This document shows, piece by piece, positions 7,493-13,790 of a stretch of 64,000 nt of DNA (position 1 is its first letter; each line of letters starts with the position of its first letter). The stretch lies in the NCBI GenBank assembly GCA_028707065.1, contig JAQTUZ010000005.1:3334-67333 (forward strand), written 5' to 3'. The stretch comes from Patescibacteria group bacterium (lineage in GTDB: Bacteria > Patescibacteriota > Patescibacteriia > Patescibacteriales > WJLG01). The notes under the pieces are model-generated. The model saw nothing but the letters and a program-made list of their open reading frames with translations, ran no database searches and had not been told where the DNA came from. Made by a program: the position numbers and the translations under genes.

Positions 7493-8152
7493 TCAGTTTT
7501 TTGTAAGCTTTATTTTAAAAATAACCGTACCAAAAAAATAAAGAACGTAGTAGCCGGCCGTAAAAACCAATAAATTCCGGAAATATTCCCAATCCACGAG
7601 ATACTTTAGCAAATTTTGAAAAATCAACAAGGGATGAAGGAAGATATCCCAACTATTATAACGCTCGATCAGGCCAAGCAAGACCGCCCAGGAAACAAAA
7701 GGAATCATGCCATAGATCAAATTACGGGCAATTTTAGCATTAAAAATCTTGGCCAATACCTGACGCATCTGGGACAAGTAAATAGCAAACAAAACCCAGC
7801 CCAAAACGCTGTAAACAAAAAAATACATTATCTGCCAAGTACCGGCAATACAAACGCTGTTTGCCGAGTCGGCCGGGCAAAAATTCAACAAATGGCGGTT
7901 GCCCACCACCAAATAGGCGGCATTGGGCAAAAAAATGAACCAAAAGAAAAAAATGATAACGGCCCGGATTTTCTGGCCGGTTTTTTTAAACTTGGTTTTC
8001 TGCCAATAAGAAAAAAATAACAAAAACAATCCGAATGGCACCATGGCCAAAAATAAATTCCAAACCATCATCAAAAAAGGATAATCATTGACGTAAAATA
8101 GCCCGAACGTGTCCACAATATTCTTGATACTAAAAAAATGAGTAAAACTCAT
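7493..8152 (-). CDS. polytopic membrane protein, DUF1361-like
   Basis: About 6 TMs. The motifs WNLFLAMVPF and FLPNAAYLV resemble the conserved DUF1361 motifs as I recall them. Confidence 0.5.
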   Translation of the reverse strand: MSFTHFFSIKNIVDTFGLFYVNDYPFLMMVWNLFLAMVPFGLFLLFFSYWQKTKFKKTGQKIRAVIIFFFWFIFLPNAAYLVVGNRHLLNFCPADSANSVCIAGTWQIMYFFVYSVLGWVLFAIYLSQMRQVLAKIFNAKIARNLIYGMIPFVSWAVLLGLIERYNSWDIFLHPLLIFQNLLKYLVDWEYFRNLLVFTAGYYVLYFFGTVIFKIKLTKN

Positions 8153-8163
8153 AATATTGGATT

Positions 8164-8234
8164 GAAATTAGAAATTGGAAATTTGAAATTAGCATTTTTA
8201 AATCTCCAATTTCTAATTTCCAATTTCAAATTTC
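8164..8234. repeat. intergenic hairpin built from GAAATTN words (family C)
   Basis: gaaattagaaattggaaatttgaaattag (8164-8192) pairs with ctccaatttctaatttccaatttcaaatttc (8203-8233), about 26 of 29 positions complementary. The left arm is C-free and the right arm G-free. Confidence 0.8.
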
Positions 8235-8238
8235 TTTT

Positions 8239-10146
8239 TTATTCAAAAACAATGTCTTCTCCTTCGGCCAAATCTTTTTCCGAATTTTTTGGCGCTTCAA
8301 CGGCTTCGGGCGGCTTGCCAACCATAGCTTTAGCGACGGTTGGATTATTTTCAACTTTCGATTTCCGGTCAAAACCGGGCAGTCCCGCCTTCGCCAAGGC
8401 TGCGGCGGACAAGCCGGTTTCTTTCAATTTGGAGAGCGAAACATAACCTTCCTCATTCGCGCCGGTAGAAACCGCTCCCCGAGCCAAAAGAGTTGATGGA
8501 GAAATTTGCGAAAGATCAATCCGATCTTTTTTTACCGGACGATCCGCGGCACCGTCGCGCTTTTTCTTTTTCAATTCCGACAAACAATTCTTGCAATAAA
8601 CCGGGCGGGCGGGATCAGGTTTGAAAGGAACTTTAGTTTCCGCCCCGCAAGAAGCGCAGCGCGCGTCAAATAAAACTCCGCTCGCTTTTGGTTCTTCTCT
8701 TCTGGTCGGTCGATCGGCCTTGGCCGTAGCAGTTTCGAACCTGGGCACGAAATTCGGCCGGGGCAGGGATTCGACTCGCGGTTTTTCCAGATTTGGCTTG
8801 GAAACCAGGCCAGTCGCGCTGATTGATGTTTCCCTGCCTGGCATAACCGGCAATCTGGCCGGCTCTTCGGCAAAATGAATTCTCATTATTTCTTCCTCAA
8901 CCTCGGCCTGCGGCTTAGCATAACTTTGCCGCGTCCAGTCAACCGCCTTTTGCAAATTATTCGTTCTTTCTTCATCGGTTAGGGGCGGCAAGCCTCGGGC
9001 GGAAAACGGCGGCGAAGCCACGCCGTCGATCATTAATTTAACATAAAATTCATATTTGGGAAGATTGAGAATGTCCTCTTCTTCAAAAATCGGCGTAAAT
9101 TCCTTGACCAATTCCTCGGCATCGATCGCTCCGACGCGGAAAGCGACCAGCGTGCCGACGTTGCCGAACACCGCCGCTTTAACCTCATCCGTCAGCTGCT
9201 CCATATATTGATGGGCGATGATCAGATTCAAATGATATTTTCTCGCTTCGGACAAGATCGTGGCGAACGATTCGGTCGAAAAATTCTGGAACTCGTCGAT
9301 ATAAAGATAAAAATCCTTTCTCTCCTTTTCTTTGATGTCCACGCGGCTCATCGCCGCCAGCTGGATCTTGGTGATCATCATCGCGCCCAAAAGCGCCGAA
9401 TTGTCTTCGCCGATATGGCCTTTGGACAAATTCATGATCAAAATTTTTCCCTTATCCATCGCGTCGCGCACGTCGATCGACGATCTGGTCTGGCCGACGA
9501 TATTCCTGATGAGCGAGCTCGACAAAAACTGTCCGACCTTGTTTTGGATCGGCGAGACCGCCTCGGAAGCGAATTTATCGGCATAGCTGGCAAATTCTTT
9601 CAGCCAAAAAGATTTGACCACCGGATCTTTGACCTCGGCCATTACTTTCTTGCGATAGTTCTTATCGGAAAGCATCTGGATGACCGAAAGCAAAGTGGAG
9701 TTGGGATAATCCAAAACCGCCAAAATGGCATTGCGCAAAATATATTCCAATCTCGGTCCCCAGGAATCGGCCCAAAGTTTCTTGAACACGCCGACCAATC
9801 CGGAGGCGACCAAATGCCGGACTTTGATATCGACCGCTTCGACAATATTGAAGGCGATGGGAAAATCAGTATCGGACGGATTAAAATAAATCACGTCCTT
9901 GATCCGCTCGGCCGGAATATATTGCATCACCTTTTCCGCCAGATCGCCGTGCGGATCGACCACGGCCACGCCGCGGCCGGCGCGAATATCAGCGACAATC
10001 ATATTCTCCAAGATCGTCGACTTGCCCATGCCGGTTTTCCCGATCAGATACATATGGCGGCGGCGGTCGTCGACTTTAATGCCGAATTTGATCTTGCGGT
10101 TGCGGAAGGTGGTTTCAGCGAAAGTTGTAATTTCACTATTGATCAT
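8239..10146 (-). CDS. VirD4/TraG/TraD-like P-loop ATPase with disordered linker and C-terminal CxxC-x17-CxxC zinc ribbon
   Basis: Walker A GKTGMGKST, Walker B FYLYIDEFQNF, coupling-protein-like IIAHQYMEQL block. C-terminal CASC-(17 aa: GAETKVPFKPDPARPVY)-CKNC. The ATG at 10146 is preferred over the track start at 10179. Confidence 0.75.
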   Translation of the reverse strand: MINSEITTFAETTFRNRKIKFGIKVDDRRRHMYLIGKTGMGKSTILENMIVADIRAGRGVAVVDPHGDLAEKVMQYIPAERIKDVIYFNPSDTDFPIAFNIVEAVDIKVRHLVASGLVGVFKKLWADSWGPRLEYILRNAILAVLDYPNSTLLSVIQMLSDKNYRKKVMAEVKDPVVKSFWLKEFASYADKFASEAVSPIQNKVGQFLSSSLIRNIVGQTRSSIDVRDAMDKGKILIMNLSKGHIGEDNSALLGAMMITKIQLAAMSRVDIKEKERKDFYLYIDEFQNFSTESFATILSEARKYHLNLIIAHQYMEQLTDEVKAAVFGNVGTLVAFRVGAIDAEELVKEFTPIFEEEDILNLPKYEFYVKLMIDGVASPPFSARGLPPLTDEERTNNLQKAVDWTRQSYAKPQAEVEEEIMRIHFAEEPARLPVMPGRETSISATGLVSKPNLEKPRVESLPRPNFVPRFETATAKADRPTRREEPKASGVLFDARCASCGAETKVPFKPDPARPVYCKNCLSELKKKKRDGAADRPVKKDRIDLSQISPSTLLARGAVSTGANEEGYVSLSKLKETGLSAAALAKAGLPGFDRKSKVENNPTVAKAMVGKPPEAVEAPKNSEKDLAEGEDIVFE

Positions 10147-10163
10147 GAAAAAAATTATGAAAT

Positions 10164-10258
10164 GTAATACTAATCGCACGAATACATACTAATATAACGA
10201 ATGCTCACTAAAAAATTATTCGTCATATTAGTATGTATTCGTATTAAATTAGTATTAC
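10164..10258. repeat. long near-perfect intergenic hairpin (39-41-nt arms)
   Basis: gtaatactaatcgcacgaatacatactaatataacgaat (10164-10202) against attcgtcatattagtatgtattcgtattaaattagtattac (10218-10258). About 35 of 39 positions are complementary, with a 15-nt loop. Confidence 0.85.
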
Positions 10259-10280
10259 ACCTATCGATTGCCTAAATCAT

Positions 10281-11804
10281 TTAAACAAAAGGCAGGTTTG
10301 GTGGCGGCGCGCCCTTATCTTCTTTAGGCTCTTCCGGCGCGGCTTCGGCGGCCGGCTCTTCCGGTTCGTCGGCTGATTTTTTCTCCACACCGAGCTTGCC
10401 CGCCGTAGCCTTGGCGAAGGCGGGTTCTTCTTGCAATTCGCCCAAAAACAGCGGTTCGGCTTTTTCTTGACTGACTATTTCTTCCGCCTGCGGCAAAGTC
10501 ATCGGCGGTTCGGCTTTGCGGCCGGGTGCCATTTGAATCAGCGGCGCCTTAACCGTGCCCATATTGGGGAAATGCCAGATCGTCGCCAGCTCTTCCACGT
10601 TCAACAAACCGCGTTTCCGGCCGCCAACAGTGTCACGTTTGAGATAGTATTGAAAAATTCTATTTTTTCTGCGCTTAAGATTGCTCTGGCGGAACAAATA
10701 ATTGGCGGTAGTCGCCGTTTTGTCCATATCCGGTTTCAAACCATTGGAATCGATCGCCGCGAACTGTTTCATAAAACCGACAAAACCGCCAAAAACTTTG
10801 GCTTTGTTATACACTTCTTTTTCCGCCAGATACACGAATCTGATCTTGAAATCAAAAGCCACTTTGCCGGATTTTTTCTCAATGCCCTCGACTCTTTTTT
10901 TCTGTTTGGGCTTCAACTGCATCATCTTTAAAACATCATCTTTCTTTTCCACTTTTTTCTCCGCCGCCTCGACCGGCCCCATCACGGCGCTGCCCGCCGC
11001 CGAGATCAATCCCAGCGCGGCATCGGCGCTATAATGCAAAATATTTTTTTTGAATTCGGATTTCTCCCCCAAAATTTTACTGACCTCCTTGTCCAATTCA
11101 TCCATCCAGTCAAACCCGATCGGTATGACGAGCATCTGATACCAAAGATTTTCGCCGGGCTGCAGGCTGGAACAGAGATCCATCAGCGCGGCCATCGGAT
11201 CCTTAAAATGAGTTTCCGGCTCCCCCATGATGTGCTCGAACTCTTCATAAGTTTTGATCGGGTAGGACTTAGGCTGCTGCAGAATGAATTCCGATCCCAT
11301 GATCTCATATTTATCGTTGGGAAATCGAAGATCTTTGAAAGCCGTGACATAATCATCAACTTCGGTTATTTCCGCGTCCGGATATTGGGCATAGACGGCC
11401 GATTCGACCAAATCCCGCTGCGGGATCGGCGTGCGGATCAAGAATTGGGTGTACCCGCCGGTGCTGATGATCTCAAAAGAAAATCCCAGCTGGAATTTTC
11501 CTTCCCAGTATTGTTCCAGCAGGTTGATGGAAGAGTGCGCTCCGGCCAGATAGGCGAATAAATTTTCCACGGCTTTGGGCGATTGCTCGTTGCCGCGCGG
11601 AATATCAATGGCCAAAAGAGTGTATTTGCCGTTCTTGGCCGCGTACTGGTTCTGGCGGTAAAAAATCCACAGTTTAAACGATCCCCAGAGAAAGGTGACG
11701 GCAATCGGAATCCAGCCGAAATAAAAAAGCAGCTGGCCGAGAATGATATCGGGCGATTGGCTGAAAAAATTCAAAAATGGCGTAAAATCGATGACAATAT
11801 TCAT
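10281..11804 (-). CDS. membrane protein of unknown function, partner of the VirD4-like ATPase
   Basis: 507 aa, two N-terminal TMs (ILGQLLFYFGWIPIAVTFLWGSF), a large soluble domain and an acidic/Pro-rich C-terminal tail. It sits immediately upstream of the ATPase on the same strand. I recognise no catalytic motif. Confidence 0.6.
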   Translation of the reverse strand: MNIVIDFTPFLNFFSQSPDIILGQLLFYFGWIPIAVTFLWGSFKLWIFYRQNQYAAKNGKYTLLAIDIPRGNEQSPKAVENLFAYLAGAHSSINLLEQYWEGKFQLGFSFEIISTGGYTQFLIRTPIPQRDLVESAVYAQYPDAEITEVDDYVTAFKDLRFPNDKYEIMGSEFILQQPKSYPIKTYEEFEHIMGEPETHFKDPMAALMDLCSSLQPGENLWYQMLVIPIGFDWMDELDKEVSKILGEKSEFKKNILHYSADAALGLISAAGSAVMGPVEAAEKKVEKKDDVLKMMQLKPKQKKRVEGIEKKSGKVAFDFKIRFVYLAEKEVYNKAKVFGGFVGFMKQFAAIDSNGLKPDMDKTATTANYLFRQSNLKRRKNRIFQYYLKRDTVGGRKRGLLNVEELATIWHFPNMGTVKAPLIQMAPGRKAEPPMTLPQAEEIVSQEKAEPLFLGELQEEPAFAKATAGKLGVEKKSADEPEEPAAEAAPEEPKEDKGAPPPNLPFV

Positions 11805-11870
11805 TAGATAATGCTTATTTCTATTCTACTATTTTAACATTTTTTTTAGCTTTGTTCAAGGAAAAAATGG

Positions 11871-11973
11871 GAATTAGTTGATTAGTTAATTGGTCAATTA
11901 GTTGTATCGTTTTATCAATTCAATAATTTAAGCGCCTCAACTAAGTACCTAATCAACCAATTAACTAATTATC
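11871..11973. repeat. family A inverted-repeat element
   Basis: Left arm gaattagttgattagttaattggtcaattagttgtatcg (11871-11909), 28-nt core, right arm caactaagtacctaatcaaccaattaactaattatc (11938-11973). The right arm overlaps the TAG stop at 11965. Confidence 0.8.
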
Positions 11974-12657
11974 TGCCGCGCAAAATCCCAACTCGCATTT
12001 TAATCCTTGGGACGGGTCGCAATCATAGCCGGCGCCGGAATTTTCATTGCAGCAAGGCTGGTTGCTTTGGCCGCAGCGTTCGCAGGTTTTGCCGGTGAGC
12101 AGCTGGCCGATTAAACATCGATCGCCGGTCGCGCAGGACGGGTTGCCGTCAAAGCCGCAGTTGGCACAAATATTGTTCAAACATTCGGACCGCTCACCGG
12201 TTTTGGGCAAGCAGCTATCACTCGCGCAACAAGGCTCGCCGTTAAGACCGCATTCGGCGCATTTATTATTTTGGCAAACCAATCCGGACGAACAGCTCTC
12301 ACCGTTAGCGCAACAAACCTGATCTTTTTCGCCGCAAGCAAAACAAATGCCCTTGACGCAGACGGCATCGCCATTACAAACATTGCCGGCACAGCAAAAT
12401 TCTTCATTATCGCCGCAGCCGCAATCTTCCGAGCAATAATTGCGGGTGGCGTCATTCGGATCAACGCAGCATTGCTGGCCATAATTGCAGCTGGGCGTGG
12501 TCGCGCAGCATTTCAGCTTGTTAAATCCGCAATCAACGCCTAATAGCACCTGCGGGACTCGGCGGGCGGGCGGCTGATTATTCGTCGCGCAGGCAGGCAG
12601 AATAAGAAGCGAAAATGTCAATAATATTAGCAAGAAAAATCGATAAAATATAGGCAT
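11965..12657 (-). CDS. cysteine-rich tandem-repeat lipoprotein
   Basis: ATG at 12657 gives MPIFYRFFLLILLTFSLLILPAC, a lipobox-like LPAC. This is followed by about six ~30-aa repeats of the type CG-x(3-6)-CC-x(n)-C-x(n)-C (CGEKDQVCCANGESCSSGLVCQNNKC, CGLNGEPCCASDSC..). The track N-terminus MEHENMEH lies in a repeat. Confidence 0.65.
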   Translation of the reverse strand: MPIFYRFFLLILLTFSLLILPACATNNQPPARRVPQVLLGVDCGFNKLKCCATTPSCNYGQQCCVDPNDATRNYCSEDCGCGDNEEFCCAGNVCNGDAVCVKGICFACGEKDQVCCANGESCSSGLVCQNNKCAECGLNGEPCCASDSCLPKTGERSECLNNICANCGFDGNPSCATGDRCLIGQLLTGKTCERCGQSNQPCCNENSGAGYDCDPSQGLKCELGFCAADN

Positions 12658-12678
12658 AAATTTTAGAATTAGAACAAA

Positions 12679-12775
12679 GAGCATGGAACATAGAGCAAAA
12701 TCGGAATCAACGTTAAAAAATCTTTTGTGGCGGGATGTTCCATGCTCCATGTTTTCATGCTCCATGATCCATGAT
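12679..12775. repeat. intergenic inverted repeat built from CATGGAGC words
   Basis: gagcatggaaca (12679-12690) pairs perfectly with tgttccatgctc (12736-12747). Further words ccatgttttcatgctccatgatccatg extend to 12775. Confidence 0.75.
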
Positions 12776-12780
12776 ATAAT
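12752..12780 (+). promoter_or_regulatory. extended -10 promoter for the plus-strand cohesin-like gene
   Basis: TTTTCA (12752-12757), 17-nt spacer ending in TG, then TATAAT (12775-12780), i.e. TGATATAAT. AGGAGG at 12842-12847 lies 9 nt before the ATG at 12857. Confidence 0.5.
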
Positions 12781-12856
12781 CTAACTATACAGCTAATCAA
12801 AGTATTTTTCAAAGCTAACAACCTTATTTGTCGTAAGGTTTAGGAGGGCTTTTCCC

Positions 12857-13381
12857 ATGCTTAAAGCCCCAATAAAGGCGCTATTTCTGGCAATGATAGC
12901 CCTGTTTATATTTGCGGTAATAAATCCGGCTGCGGCCGAGGAGTTTTATTACCGCGGTCCCAAGTTGAATCCGCAAATCGCCGCTTCAGCTCTTTTTCTG
13001 ACCCCCATTCGGGAAAAAAATGGCAATTCTTTCACTCTGGATCTGGTGGTTGACCCGGCCGACGAAGAGATTAATACCGTCTCGACCGAAATATCCTTTC
13101 CGACCGACAAATTATCCTTGGAAAATTTGAGCAAAGGCAATTCTTTTTGCTCTTTTTTTGTGGAAGAAAAGATCGATAACGCTCTGGGAAAAATAAAAAT
13201 CAGCTGTCTCGCCCCTTATCCGGGCACGGACAGGATGAGCAATGTCATTTCCTTGACGTTCAAGCAGATCAACACCGGCACCGCTAATCTTAATTTAAGT
13301 TCCGATTCGCTGGTTCTGGCCAACGACGGCTACGGGACAAATGTCCTGAAAGATTTGGGCGGACAGACGATAGTCGATTAG
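12857..13381 (+). CDS. small secreted cohesin-like domain protein
   Basis: Signal peptide ALFLAMIALFIFAVINPAAA. The domain pattern FTLDLVVDP..INTVSTEISFPTDKL..GKIKISCLAPYPG..NVISLTFKQINTGTANLNLSSDSLVLANDGYGTNVL is shared with the N-termini of 13791, 15790 and 40856. Confidence 0.65.
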   Translation: MLKAPIKALFLAMIALFIFAVINPAAAEEFYYRGPKLNPQIAASALFLTPIREKNGNSFTLDLVVDPADEEINTVSTEISFPTDKLSLENLSKGNSFCSFFVEEKIDNALGKIKISCLAPYPGTDRMSNVISLTFKQINTGTANLNLSSDSLVLANDGYGTNVLKDLGGQTIVD

Positions 13382-13406
13382 GCAATTGGTTAATCAGTTA
13401 ATTAGG
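13381..13406. repeat. solo family A arm
   Basis: ggcaattggttaatcagttaattagg immediately after the stop codon. No obvious partner arm is nearby. Confidence 0.5.
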
Positions 13407-13409
13407 ATA

Positions 13410-13446
13410 AAAAAATCTCCTTCTGTAAAAGGCGATTTTTATTTTT
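13410..13446 (+). terminator. weak intrinsic terminator candidate for 12857..13381
   Basis: ctcctt (13417-13422) and aaggcg (13429-13434) form a 6-bp stem with one mismatch. It is flanked by an A-run and followed by tttttatttttt. Confidence 0.35.
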
Positions 13447-13490
13447 AAAAACAAATAAATAAATTCCCTTGTAGCGAGCATTGAAAAATT

Positions 13491-13592
13491 TTGGACAAGA
13501 CGCGCAGCGTATCCTCCCAAGGCGGACAGGGAAGCCGTGCCCCGCCAACGGCGGGGCTAGGCTTCCTAGCGGAGTGATAGGAAATTTGTCCA
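13491..13592. ncRNA. candidate structured RNA (about 100-nt GC-rich extended hairpin), class unknown
   Basis: Nested pairings: tggacaa (13492-98)/ttgtcca (13586-92), ggaagcc (13530-36)/ggcttcc (13560-66), ccccgcc (13540-46)/ggcgggg (13450+100 = 13550-56). It lies in a 409-bp convergent spacer with no credible ORF and is much more GC-rich than its flanks. Confidence 0.3.
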
Positions 13593-13630
13593 GCGCGCAG
13601 TTTTCCTTGTCCCGTCATTTTTGCGGGATG

Positions 13631-13656
13631 CGCCACTTTTTTTAAAAAAAGTGGCG
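13631..13656. repeat. perfect 26-bp palindrome
   Basis: cgccacttttttt|aaaaaaagtggcg. Possibly a bidirectional terminator-like hairpin. Confidence 0.6.
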
Positions 13657-13684
13657 AAGATTTTTGACCTTAAAACGAACCTTA

Positions 13685-13737
13685 ACACACCCCGTCCCGC
13701 CGAGGCGGCGGTCCACCCCTCTCGAGAGGGGAATTTT
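13685..13737. repeat. GC-rich double-hairpin REP-like element
   Basis: acacaccccgtcccgccgaggcggcggtccacccctctcgagaggggaatttt. Hairpin 1 is cgccg/cggcg and hairpin 2 is cccctc/gagggg. Confidence 0.75.
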
Positions 13738-13747
13738 ATATGCCGAC

Positions 13748-13779
13748 AAAAAACCACCTTTATTCAAGGTGATTTTTTT
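13748..13779. terminator. bidirectional intrinsic terminator
   Basis: AAAAAA, stem cacctt (13755-60)/aaggtg (13766-71), then TTTTTTT (13773-79). It lies 12 nt past the stop of 13791..15542. Confidence 0.6.
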
Positions 13780-13790
13780 AGCTGAAATGA

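Larger units (their letters stand above)
6856..7493. repeat. family A arms 570 bp apart, enclosing a complete small plus-strand gene unit
   Basis: Left arm attagttgattagttaattggttaattagtttgg (6856-6889), near-identical to 11873 and 27996. Right arm aactaagtacctaatcgactaattaactaattt (7461-7493), near-identical to 11939. Confidence 0.6.

Noticed and set aside
8239-11804. VirD4-like ATPase as a marker of a conjugative element or type IV secretion island.
   Set aside because: No relaxase, VirB4, VirB6, pilin, integrase or flanking att-type repeats are in the window, and the flanks are housekeeping genes. I kept it as an orphan module of unknown role.
13491-13592. Assignment of the GC-rich hairpin as SRP (4.5S) RNA or 6S RNA.
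   Set aside because: The conserved SRP domain-IV features (GNRA tetraloop closed by the GGAA/AGCA-type loops) are not present on either strand. 6S has no sequence signature I can verify by eye. It is left as an unclassified candidate.
13445-13757. Two overlapping 63-aa minus-strand ORFs in the convergent spacer.
   Set aside because: They are Arg/Pro/Gly/Ala-rich translations of the GC-rich hairpin and the REP element, with no RBS and no hydrophobic or conserved pattern.
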